Source: Candidatus Wirthbacteria bacterium (GTDB taxonomy: Bacteria; Patescibacteriota; CG2-30-54-11). Taken from it: DNA of 64,000 nt. The stretch spans positions 4,156 through 68,155 of the forward strand of contig CAISZI010000028.1 in NCBI GenBank assembly GCA_903889905.1. The letters are read 5' to 3'. Under the pieces are notes generated by a model that was given only the letters and a program-made list of their open reading frames with translations, searched no databases and had not been told where the DNA came from. The position numbers were made by a program, and so were the translations under genes. Positions 29,515 through 40,200 of the stretch are shown here, piece by piece (within the stretch, counting starts at the first letter, position 1; the number at the start of each line of letters is the position of its first letter).

Positions 29515-30288
29515 CTAACGCGCCCTGCTTTTCTCTGCTTCCGCAATCATCTTCGTAAATTTCTCTGTTTTCAGGCTGGCCCCACCCACGAGCGCACCAT
29601 CAATATCGGGCATGGCCATATATTCGGCGATGTTCTCCTCGGTTGTGCTACCACCGTACAGGATCAGCGTTTTGTCAGCAATCTCCGCCCCAAACATCGC
29701 GTTGACCAAATTGCGGAGTGCACCGATAACTTCTTCGGCTTGTTCCTTGGATGCGGCAAGCCCAGTACCAATCGCCCAGACCGGTTCATAAGCAATAACG
29801 AGATTTTCACCATTAATTGCCTGACCTGTTAACGCAACACGAGCTTGATTGAGGATGAAGTTAAGATAATCACCCCCCTGGCGCACATCCAGGAGTTCAC
29901 CCACGCAGACAATGGGAAGCAACCCGTTCGCCATGGCAATAGTTGTCTTCTTGTTGACGAGTTCGTTGGTTTCACCAAAGTACTGGCGGCGTTCGGAGTG
30001 GCCAATGATGACATATTTCACCAATCCGGCCAGCATTTTGGCGGAGATTTCACCGGTATATGCCCCTTTTTCTTCGGACCAGACATTTTGTGCGCCCACA
30101 GCAATGTCGCTGCCAACCACAGATTTCACCACTTCGCTCAAATGGGTAAACGGCGGACAGATGACCACCAGAGTTTTGGTAAACTTTCCACTTGAGCTCA
30201 CAAAACCGCTCAGATTGATGGCCAGATCAGAGCCTTCGGCGACTGTAGTGTTCATTTTCCAGTTACCCGCGATCATGGCTTTGCGCAT
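29515..30288 (-). CDS. tpiA: Triosephosphate isomerase
   Basis: Signature motifs AGNWKMN, IGHSERR, YEPVWAIGTG and LYGGS are all present. Confidence 0.93.
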   Translation of the reverse strand: MRKAMIAGNWKMNTTVAEGSDLAINLSGFVSSSGKFTKTLVVICPPFTHLSEVVKSVVGSDIAVGAQNVWSEEKGAYTGEISAKMLAGLVKYVIIGHSERRQYFGETNELVNKKTTIAMANGLLPIVCVGELLDVRQGGDYLNFILNQARVALTGQAINGENLVIAYEPVWAIGTGLAASKEQAEEVIGALRNLVNAMFGAEIADKTLILYGGSTTEENIAEYMAMPDIDGALVGGASLKTEKFTKMIAEAEKSRAR

Positions 30289-30356
30289 AGCTGTCTCCTA
30301 ATGGATTTAACCAACGAATTTATACCACAAAAATAGGGAGAATTTAACTCACCCTA

Positions 30357-30425
30357 CCCTCTCTTTAAAAAAAGAGAGGGTAAATACAAAAAAAATCTTC
30401 CTCCCCCTTTGTTCAAAGGGGGAGG
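30357..30425. terminator. Pair of palindromic hairpins (CCCTCTCTTT-aaaa-AAAGAGAGGG and CCTCCCCCTTT-gttc-AAAGGGGGAGG) between maf and tpiA; terminator-like
   Basis: Both are perfect inverted repeats read directly from the sequence. They lie downstream of the minus-strand maf gene and upstream of tpiA. Confidence 0.45.
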
Positions 30426-31072
30426 TTGGAGGGAGTTCTCTTTACCTTCCCCTTGTTCCAGCATTCCTCCCCCGGCTTCCATACTTCCCCAATATTATCC
30501 TCATGTGGCAACAACATTTCATACACCTGACAAAGTGGCATACCCACGATATTGTTGTAGCAGCCCTGGTACCAGGACACAAAGCTACGGGCGCCTTCCT
30601 GGATGCCGTAGGAACCGGCTTTGTCCAATGCATTTCCGGTGGCGACATACTCACTGATTTCATCTAGAGTTAAATCCCTCATCGCAACCAGTGTTTCAGT
30701 TAATGTTTGACCAACCAGTTCGCTGTCCACAACCAGTGCCATGGCCGTATAAACCTGCTGGATTTTGCCACTCTCAAACTGCAGCATTTTGACGGCATCA
30801 TCTGCGTCCAAAGGTTTGCCGAGAATCCTGCCCTCCAAAACAACAATTGTGTCGGCACCAAGGATAAAACAATCCGAATACTGTCTGGAAACGTCCATGG
30901 CTTTGGTCATCGCGAGCCGCTTGACCAAGGCAACTGAATCGACATTGGCACCCATTTCCGCTTCAATCGCTTCCTCGTTGACGCACGAAGGGACGACTTC
31001 AAAGCGAGGTACAACCTGTTTAAGCAACATTTGTCGCCGAGGTGACTGCGAAGCAAGAATTAATTTAATCAT
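30413..31072 (-). CDS. maf: Maf-like nucleoside triphosphate pyrophosphatase (septum formation protein)
   Basis: MIKLILASQSPRRQMLLKQVVPRFEVV matches the Maf N-terminal signature. The start at 31072 overlaps the uvrC stop by 8 nt, and the ORF-track N-terminus is over-extended. Confidence 0.85.
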   Translation of the reverse strand: MIKLILASQSPRRQMLLKQVVPRFEVVPSCVNEEAIEAEMGANVDSVALVKRLAMTKAMDVSRQYSDCFILGADTIVVLEGRILGKPLDADDAVKMLQFESGKIQQVYTAMALVVDSELVGQTLTETLVAMRDLTLDEISEYVATGNALDKAGSYGIQEGARSFVSWYQGCYNNIVGMPLCQVYEMLLPHEDNIGEVWKPGEECWNKGKVKRTPSNLPL

Positions 31073-33374
31073 ACGGTTTTTTGGCTCCCGTTTTCTGGGC
31101 ATCCCAAATCTTTTCGCGCACTTTGCCCTGATAGACATTGGCAAAACGGTGCGCCTCGTTGCGCGCTGCCTGAAGCAAAAGCGAACCATGGCTATCATTC
31201 TTGAGTGCCACCGGCTTAGTGTCCCACGGGACGAAGACTTCCTCGTGTTCCTTGGCCAAACCGACAATCGGGAAGGCGAAATTTTTCCAGGGGGAGGGTG
31301 ATTTGGATGATTTGGACAAAGTCTTTTTTTTCTTTTTTTTGGGCGATTCGTGAATCGCCCCTACGGGAACATCTTGCCGAATTAATCCCATTTGCTTCAA
31401 GATTGAAACAGCCACCGAGAGCTGTCCTTTGCCGCCATCCACCACGACGAGTTCAGGCAACGTCGTAAAGGAAACGTCCTCTTTTTTGCGAATGATTTTG
31501 TCGTAACGCAGCAGCACAGGTTTACCGTCGCCACAGATCGCACAGACCCGCGCCATTTTATCCAACAAGACCTGAGGTCCACTTTTAATAGGTTTAAAAG
31601 AAAATCCTTCATAATATTCCTGTAACTTTTCCCAAGTGGTCACATAGAATACCAAGCCCTTGGTGCGCTGGATCAGTTCGCTGATCAGCTGATAACCCAA
31701 CTTGCGACCGCGATAATCGGGATGGATCCACAGGCTGGCAATTTCACAAATAAACTTGTCATTGTCCTGGTACGTTTTCACCCGGCCAAAACCGATGATC
31801 TCGCTTTCAAATTTCATGGCCAGAAATTGTGCTGCTTCCAGATTATTGCCATCCAGTTTTTCTGCATCAATCTTGTCCTGGATAAATTTCATATCCTTAG
31901 GAGACGGTTGCCGCGTTTTGAGTCCTTCCAGGCCGATTTTTAGTCCTTTGAGATATTCAAAACGTCGGCTCAGCACTTCCTGCATGGCGGTATAATCATC
32001 GCCGCCGCTGACTTCCCTGATTTTGAAGTGGCGGTAATCCGCCTTTTTGGGTTCGGCATTCTGGAAAACCACCATCGACGCCACGGTGCCTTCACCACCC
32101 AGGTGCGAAATATCATAACATTCGATCCGTTCCGGTTTGTTGGGGAGTTGCAGCACGGTTTTGAGTTCTGCCATGGCGGCATTTTTGCGTTTCTGGTCAT
32201 TCATCCATTCGCCCACCAATTCGCGCAGGCGCTCTTCAGCATTCTGCTGCGCCAATTCCAATACCTGACGTTTATCGCCGCGTTCTGGCATCAACAATTC
32301 GAGCGCGCTCGGCTTTTCCATGGCTTTGGTGCGCTGGTCCTTGAGCCACTCGGCAAGAGCCGCCATGCCTTCAAGCTTGAACGGGATCAAAATTTCCGGA
32401 GGTATATCGGAGGTCTTGTCGTAATAATCGGCAAAGGTCATGGCCAGAACCTCCGCCTCTTCGCCATGCTCCACCCCTTCAAAGGTAAATTCTTCCTTGC
32501 CAATCAGGATGCCGCGTCGGATTTTGAACAGGTAAACACACGCCTTGTCGTCCATCACCGCCACCCCAAATACGTCGCGGCTAAGCTGGTCGGTCATGAC
32601 AGCCTGCTGCTTTTCGGTGGCGTGTTCCACTGCCATCAGCTGATCACGGATTTTGGCCGCACCTTCGAAGTTCTGGTCCATGGCTGCCTGCGTCATGCGA
32701 TCGGTTAATTCCTTGATAATCTCATCCGCCCGGCCTTCCAGGAATTTGCGCACCTGGCCAATGATCGCCTGGTGTTCCGATTGTGTGATTTCCGGCCCTT
32801 TGCACGGCGCAATGCATCGGCCCATCTGAAATTCGATGCAGGGACGAATTTGCTTGGGATTACGCGGTTTGCCCTCGCGTTCAAAGAATTCGTGCGTGCA
32901 TTTGCGGTAAGGAAAAATTTTCTGAATCAGATAAAGCAAATTCTTGACCGCGTAACCAGAGGTGTACGGACCATAATACTTGGCGCCGTCTTTGAGCATT
33001 TTGCGCACTACCACAACTTGCGGGAAATCCTCGGCGGTAATTTTGACATATTGGTAATTCTTGTCGTCCTTCATACGGATGTTGTAGCGCGGCCGGTGTT
33101 CCTTGATCAGGTTATTTTCCAAAATCAGTGCTTCCACCTCGCTCGACATGACAATGTGTTCCATGTCGGCAATATTCTTGACCAGAATTTTGGTTTTGAC
33201 ACTCAATTTGGGATCATTGCGAAAGTACGACCGCACTCGATCGCGGAGGCGAATGGCTTTGCCCACATAGATAATTTCGCCGGCACCGCTTTTGTAAATA
33301 TAAACGCCGGGTTTGAGCGGAAGTGCCTCAACTTTGTCTTTGACCACGTCGCTGGGATAGGTTGGACTGGGCAT
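31065..33374 (-). CDS. uvrC: Excinuclease ABC subunit C, atypical (769 aa), with a ~165-aa insertion carrying a GNAT acetyltransferase-like motif, a poly-Lys tract, and no C-terminal (HhH)2 domain
   Basis: The GIY-YIG N-terminus is LKPGVYIYKSGAGEIIYVGKAIRLRDRVRSYF. The endonuclease-domain start DISHLGGEGTVASMVVFQN...DYRHFKIRE is separated from its continuation LPELVVVDGGKGQLSVAVSILKQMGL by an insert that contains IASLWIHPDYRGRKLGYQLISELIQ, a GNAT motif-A-like sequence. A tract SPKKKKKKTLSKSSKSPSP follows. The protein ends about 25 aa after LLLQAARNEAHRFA. Confidence 0.85.
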   Translation of the reverse strand: MPSPTYPSDVVKDKVEALPLKPGVYIYKSGAGEIIYVGKAIRLRDRVRSYFRNDPKLSVKTKILVKNIADMEHIVMSSEVEALILENNLIKEHRPRYNIRMKDDKNYQYVKITAEDFPQVVVVRKMLKDGAKYYGPYTSGYAVKNLLYLIQKIFPYRKCTHEFFEREGKPRNPKQIRPCIEFQMGRCIAPCKGPEITQSEHQAIIGQVRKFLEGRADEIIKELTDRMTQAAMDQNFEGAAKIRDQLMAVEHATEKQQAVMTDQLSRDVFGVAVMDDKACVYLFKIRRGILIGKEEFTFEGVEHGEEAEVLAMTFADYYDKTSDIPPEILIPFKLEGMAALAEWLKDQRTKAMEKPSALELLMPERGDKRQVLELAQQNAEERLRELVGEWMNDQKRKNAAMAELKTVLQLPNKPERIECYDISHLGGEGTVASMVVFQNAEPKKADYRHFKIREVSGGDDYTAMQEVLSRRFEYLKGLKIGLEGLKTRQPSPKDMKFIQDKIDAEKLDGNNLEAAQFLAMKFESEIIGFGRVKTYQDNDKFICEIASLWIHPDYRGRKLGYQLISELIQRTKGLVFYVTTWEKLQEYYEGFSFKPIKSGPQVLLDKMARVCAICGDGKPVLLRYDKIIRKKEDVSFTTLPELVVVDGGKGQLSVAVSILKQMGLIRQDVPVGAIHESPKKKKKKTLSKSSKSPSPWKNFAFPIVGLAKEHEEVFVPWDTKPVALKNDSHGSLLLQAARNEAHRFANVYQGKVREKIWDAQKTGAKKPYD

Positions 33375-33391
33375 GACAAACCATTTATAAT
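33362..33391 (+). promoter_or_regulatory. Candidate sigma-70 promoter for truB (TTGGAC, 18-nt spacer, TATAAT)
   Basis: ttggac at 33362-33367 and tataat at 33386-33391, about 50 nt upstream of the truB ATG in the divergent uvrC/truB intergenic region. Confidence 0.35.
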
Positions 33392-33441
33392 CCGGTAAGC
33401 GAAATAAATTCTACCATTTAGCTGCAACGAGATAAACCGCT

Positions 33442-34167
33442 ATGATTGCCAAAGAACTCAAACGACAAATCGTGGACGAATGGTCGCTCACCCTGCCAGA
33501 AACTTTGCCATCAGACGGCATTCTGGTTCTCGACAAGCCCTCCGGCCCCACCTCGCACGACCTTGTTTATGCTGTACGGCGCCGTTACGGCAACCCGAAA
33601 GTTGGCCACACCGGCACGTTGGATCCGCTCGCCAGTGGCTTGATGATTCTGCTCGTGGACAATGCCACCAAACGTGCCAAGGAATTCGAAGGGCTGGACA
33701 AAACGTATGAAGTAGAGTGTGTGCTCGGCATTGAAACCGATACGTTTGACAGCGAGGGACAAGTCACGACAATGGCGTCGGTACCATTGCTTCAAGCGAT
33801 AACCCAAACACAAGTTGAAGCTGCGGTAATAACCTTTGTTGGCACCCAGCAACAGCAAGTCCCCGCCTTTTCCGCCGTCAAAGTCGGTGGCAAAGCGCTT
33901 TACAAAATGGCCCGACAAGGAACTGTGGATCAAGTGGCATTACCAGTCAAGACGATCACGATTTATGAACTGGACCTGCTCCATTTTCAACCGTACGACG
34001 CGGCTCAAACCGACAGCAACAATCGTCTTCCTCATCTCAAGTTGCGGGTGAGTTGCTCCAAGGGGACTTATGTGCGGTCGCTGATAAGTGATTTTGGCAA
34101 AAAAATCGGTGCGGGGGCATGTGTGACGATGCTCCGCAGGACCCACATTGGATTATATAGTTTGTAA
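33442..34167 (+). CDS. truB: tRNA pseudouridine(55) synthase TruB
   Basis: LVLDKPSGPTSHDLVYAVRRRYGNPKVGHTGTLDPLASGLMILLV includes the catalytic Asp motif HTGTLDP. Confidence 0.9.
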   Translation: MIAKELKRQIVDEWSLTLPETLPSDGILVLDKPSGPTSHDLVYAVRRRYGNPKVGHTGTLDPLASGLMILLVDNATKRAKEFEGLDKTYEVECVLGIETDTFDSEGQVTTMASVPLLQAITQTQVEAAVITFVGTQQQQVPAFSAVKVGGKALYKMARQGTVDQVALPVKTITIYELDLLHFQPYDAAQTDSNNRLPHLKLRVSCSKGTYVRSLISDFGKKIGAGACVTMLRRTHIGLYSL

Positions 34168-34240
34168 CGTGACTTAACTACAAGATATCATCGCTTTTCC
34201 AATTTGACTTAAAATTCTTTTTCAAAAACAGGCTTCAGTT

Positions 34241-37200
34241 TCAATCAGTATCTTTTGATTTCAACAATGGCTCCACAACATTTTTCCAATTATGCATTAT
34301 TGACTCAACATCATGCGCTTGTAATTCCACAAAGTGGTCAAAATCCATCAAATTTATCCACTGGTGGAAATCTCGCTGATACTCAGAAGTAAATCCTCTT
34401 TCCAGCTCAACCAGCAGTGTTTGATAAGCATCTGGAAAACGCTGTTGTAATTCCTTAACCTGGGCAGGGCTTAAATCAGCCTCAGGATTTGTTTCTACCC
34501 CTTCAACTGCCGCGGCGACGACGTCTCCATATTCAAAGCCATAGCAAATGATATCTAACACGAGACGACTGATGCCTTGTTCTATAGCGTCACGTACATT
34601 CTTGAGGACATATCGCTCATATAATGTTTTGCACAATTCACGAAATTCAAATTCCCTAGACAGGAATTCAGCATTGTAGGTTCCTACCAGCTCCCCAATT
34701 GATTTTTGGAGTTTTTGCAGCTCAAAAGCATAGGATTTATTGACTGGCATAAGTACTTTGGTACGGCTTAGCTTTGATACTAGTGGCAGCTCATCGTTTG
34801 CAGTGAAAATTTTGTCGGCTTTGGCCAATGTCTTTCGCAGTTTTTGCACTTCACTCGTGCTAAGAACTGCTCTATACCCAACATGTTTGAGGTAATCCAC
34901 GACTAAATAATTTCCCCTTGTTTCATCTGAGTTATTAGAATTACTGCTTGCTTCATCATCATGATAAATATTTGTAGAAGCTCTGGCTCGACCGACTTTG
35001 TTCAACACTGCTGCAGAGTCACGAAATATCAGCGAGGCATCAACTGTAAAGGCATCCTGTATGTTATTATCCCAGGCGACTTCCACTGGCCGGACTGCCT
35101 GTTGTAACTTTGCCCGCATATGTTCCAAGTTGCGGATCGAGACATCGTCGGGTCGGTGCATCGTGTGGCGCACCAGCACCCATTGTCCACTTCTATTTTC
35201 CTGACCAACTAAAACCCAGAGTAAAATAAATCCCGTTGCACTAGGATCGTTCTGCAGGGCCACTTCGCGGCCGACCAAATTATCAGCCGCCGGTATCAAA
35301 TATTTATCCAATCCGGGCCGCGATGCAGCAATATCTTGGCCTACCTTCGCTCTGTATCGGATACCTTGTCGCAATTTGGTTATAGTGGCCGGCGAATATA
35401 AATCAAATTTAGCGCCCAAATTGGCAGTAGGAGGTAATGGTACTTTATCAACTGAATCTTCTCCCAATTCTGATTCAGCGAAAACAATTCCGTCAGTGAA
35501 CACAATGGTTGTATCCGCCGGCATTTTTGTTTCAATAAAATGTCTATCGATGGCATCGACAATGCCATGCTGTATCCAATGTTGCAAGCGCCTATCTAGT
35601 TGATTGCGCTCAAGGATATTGATTAATTCGACAACCATTTGGTCGGGTTTGAAGGGCTGATTGGGATCAATTTGTCTTACCTGCCGGGATGATTCTGTTT
35701 GTCGCGCAGCACTGGCAATTCGCCCGCCAAAAAGTCGCTCAAATTCTTTTTGTATTAGCTGATAGTCGCAACTATCTACTATCAATTCCGGTTCCAACTG
35801 CTTGGCACTTTGAATATTTTTGGCCTGTAACCACGCTTCATATGCTTGCATAAAAAAAAGTTTCGCCTGATGTTCATCGCTAAAGCCATAAATTTCCGCT
35901 AAATGAATTTGCAAATCTTGAGAGACGACATAATGACGGTTGGGATGATTTAGTGCTAACAATTTACCACCCAAGTCGAAAGCGAATTCAATCGTTATCG
36001 AATTACCTAAATAACAAGAAATTGGTATCAGTCCATTCAGTTCTTTGCCGTCAGTATTGGTAATCGTCACTTTGTCTGACTGCGCGAAATCGAGACCACC
36101 GAATTTCCACTTTGGGAGCTGTCGCTGATTGGCTTTGGCCCAACGCTCAAGGGCATCACTTTGGATTGGGAGTGGAACATTAAAATCGGTACTGCCTTCG
36201 GTTACAGCACGCGTGCGGACCCATTGTGTCCAAATCTCTAGCTGTTTGTCGGACCGCGCCTGCAGGTATTCTTGATAACTTCTGAGTGAAGCAAAGATAA
36301 CCTCTGCTCTTGATTGATAATCACGCTCTGGTAAAGCCAGGAAGTCATCAATCGGTATGGGTAATGGCAGCTGCAACTGATCCAACGCTAACCAGGTAGT
36401 GGCACCCCAAGATACGTCACCAATAGTCCTAGGCGGGATATGTGAATCATGAAGCTCAATGGTAACTTTGCCATCGCCAAATCCGGCGCTCAGTTTGGCC
36501 TTTTGCTGCAACATGTTTGCGGCGACCAGACTAATCGCAAATACTCCCTCATTTACTTCCTGCACAGCGGCATGGCGACGCTCCTGTTCACTTAGTCTTG
36601 ATTTCAAAGCGGCCGTTGCCTGCTGTTCGGCAATATGCCTGGCAAGAGCTTCCTGTTTTGCGTTTTGAACAACTTGGGCACTTGCAGCAGCCCTTGCCAA
36701 TTCAATCTTCTCTTCACTCACGACCCGAGCGATGTATTGCTTAATCCCTAGCAGCCGATCGTCGATCTCTTTGACCGCTTTTTGCAAGCGTGCAAGCAAA
36801 TCCTGCAAAGCGCCTGCTTCCACATAGGCAATTTGTAACGGATGCATGAGCTGTTCGGCAGCCAATGTAAGTGAAAGACTGTCGTTTTGAGCAAGGTTGA
36901 AAGTCATTTTCATCTGATCCAGTTGCACTGACAAGGCATCAGCATTAAGTATGGAGCCCATGCCAATCTCGACCGATGCTGACAATTCTTCTTGACCATT
37001 AACCTGATCCTGGAGTAGGAACCAATCTGGTTCCTGCCTGTGCGGCAGGGCTAGTTGCTCAAATTGCTGCCGCATGAGCTCAGCGGTCTCATTGGTGTGG
37101 CGCTTGAACCATTCAGAAATGGTGACCGTCTTGTCTTTGACGTCAGTAACGGTTGCGCCTTGGATGGCTCTACGTAATCCGGCGGCTTGTTCCAATATTT

Positions 37201-40200
37201 GTTGCTTCAAACCGGCTAGTTCCGCCTCCATGGGTTTTGTCGCCAGATCTTCGCCAGCTGCAGAAGCCACTGCCCACGCATGCAGTTGCGGCCAGGGAGG
37301 TTGCTGGTCTTTTAAATCATGCCAATGGTAAATTTGGCTTCCACGTCGACAAATTAAGGGATTAGAAAAATTTTTGACAACAGCCCCACATTTATTTTCT
37401 AAGTTGTTGGTCCAATTACCAAAAGCAGTAACATTTTGTTGCCGCAAAATAAGCATAAAAGGCACCATGTCACTAATGGCAGGCAGCAACTCAGGTTTAG
37501 CCAATCGACTTATTTCTTCCAACCCACCCACGACTGCCTGTATTTGTACTATGTCCGGTGTGTCCGTTCCGCCCATAGCCTGATGCAGAGATTCTGTATC
37601 GATCCAGCCACCAATATCTATATCGCCCAAAGGTTGCCAAGTAAAGATTGCCTGCTCCAGCCGCTCGTTTTGCGCCAGAAGTCTAGTTTCCAGTTTACTT
37701 AACCACTGCCTGTATTCCTGCAACAGGTTTTGCAATCTGGGCTTGAGCTCCTGCATCACTCCGGCATCGGTCAACGTAGAATCGATAGTAGCGTCATTGT
37801 CGGAGAGCATAATCGCATAAGCAATGCCCCTTTCAAGCGCATCTAAATTATCGAATGCTTGATTGTCATCAAGCTGAGGCTTCACCGCAGCAAGGTTGTT
37901 TTCCATATCCAAAATCAAAGTCTGCATCGCGGGCGCCATTAGTTGCACCAATTGCTCAGGATGCCAGGGCTGATCCAAAGCCTCCAATTCCTGTTTGGCC
38001 CGGATTGATTTATTGGTTTCTCCGTTTTTCACCAGAGAATCCAAGACAGTCCACATCAAGTAAAAAAACATGACAATTTCACGCAAATTCTTGGTCTGAT
38101 CGAGCGGAAGATTCAGATCACTTCCCCAATCCCAGGACTTTTCCCGATGTTCGGCAAAGGCGCGTGCCAACTTGCGCATATTTTCAATTGGCAGAACAGT
38201 TGACACCTCATGATTGAGGTGCATTGCATCATCCCAGCGTTGGTCAATAACGTCTGATAATTCATGCAGCAAAGGATGATTTACCATTTCACCAGCCAGC
38301 AACACTTGCCACAGATACCCGGCATCAACCGGCATGGCGCCTGTCTGCAAGGTCTGCAATAATTCATCCACAATATCGCTGCTTGAGCTCGCTCCCAATT
38401 GCGATAACAAATCACGAATTTTTTGCTGACGGGCATAAGAATCCTGATCAGCAGCCACAAAAACTTCATTAAAGAGTGCATCCATCCCCATAAAAGTAGG
38501 GATGGATGGGATGATTTTTTGATCCATCAAATCCAGTAATGGGGCGCTGTCCTGTGTCAGGTTAATTTGCGCTATTGCATAGGCAAATTTGCGCGCTGCC
38601 GGCTTATCCGTTGCGCGCAAAGCCAAATGTAAATTTGCTGCCGCTGCGTTGAGGGCTGACGTGGCGCGATTTTGTAAAGGGGCTGCCAATTGCTCATAAT
38701 GAACTTTGATAGAAGGATCCACATTTTTGGTTAATAATTCCCAGCTGCGTACGGCTGCACCGGCGGCAAACGCATTTGACACATCCATGGCTGATGAAGT
38801 CGGCCGAAAACAATCCAACTGTTCCAGGACTGCAAACGGTTGCTCCAGTCGTTTCGAGACTTCATACCAGACTTTGGCAAGTCCTTCGTCGCGTTGTTTA
38901 CGCTTGCTCTCAACAAACTCTGAACTGGTTCTTATGTTGTTAATTCCTTTGGGGTCTGGTTGTGCAAAAGCTTCGATAATATATTGACCTAGCCACACAA
39001 CTTCTTGCCATGAAGCTCGACGCAGAACAACCAAATAGATCTCATCCAGTTCATTGCCTTGAATAAACGTAACGTCCTCTGGCACTTTCGCTGGCACTCC
39101 CTTCTTATACTTTTCTTTAGGAGAACCTTGTTCAAATCCGTCTCCCTTCTTCACTGTGACTGAGCCCTGCATCATTTGCTTCATTGCGACAATCAGATCA
39201 TCCGTCAATGGACCCATTAGCCAGAGGGCGGCTCTCAACTCCGTTAATAGTTTTAGTCTTTCGGAGGATGATTTACTTCCAATCGTTGCTTCAATTTCGC
39301 TCATAATTGGTACCAGACCACGCCGAAGTTGGGCGACGATCAGCAGTAGCTTTTCAGCGTTGATAATCTTGATCTCACTCCGATCCCGTGACGGTGCCTT
39401 CCGTACCAACCCTGTCCCATAATTCCTGTTATTATTTATTGCTGTAACGTTAGTCATCCCAAGCTCACGCAAAAATTTAACAATTGTCCCCAACCAACTG
39501 ATATACGTTGTCTCGTCGTAATCACCATCGCCGGCGGCACTGGTTTGGATATCCCTAAGCAAAAGGTCCCATTCCTCTGGATTAGAGGTGTGAAACACTT
39601 TAATAGCCGCCCGCTCTGTGCTGTTATGCTTGGTATCAGCCTGCAGCAGTTCCCAATAGAATGGTTGAAAAGCAGCACGCCAACGTTGGGCCTGAATTTG
39701 GTCAATATGTGTACCCGCTTGCACCACATTTTCGCCACCGTCAACAGGCATGCCCATGGTCATACGCATGGCTGCTTCAGACCATTCTGTCTCCGGGATC
39801 CACTTGAGGAAATAGTAGAGCTCCTGCCAATTGGGAATTTTGATCAAATCTTCATAAGTAATTGTCGATTTATCTGCTATCTGCGGCGGCAGAGCCGTCG
39901 CTGCTATTTCATATCCGGTGGAAGTTGCCCTGGCAAATCCGCATACAGGATTACTAACCGATGCCCCCAGATACATCTCAGCTCCAAGTTCAGGATTACG
40001 CGTTGCCAAATGATCAAAGCGTGAACCATGGATGCGAGCTATTGGAATTGAAGGCAACTGGCCACTAGCCCACTGACGCAAGGACAACCCCAGGACAAAA
40101 GCCTGTTTGAAGTCCTGATTCGCTCCTGCGAGCACCGCAGTAATTGCCTCTGGCTGCCATGCCATGGCTGCCCTGCCGGCCAAACGACCCAAAGCTTCCA

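Noticed and set aside
32028-33398. Plus-strand ORFs 32028-32708 and 32772-33398 opposite uvrC
   Set aside because: Antisense to a confidently identified uvrC.
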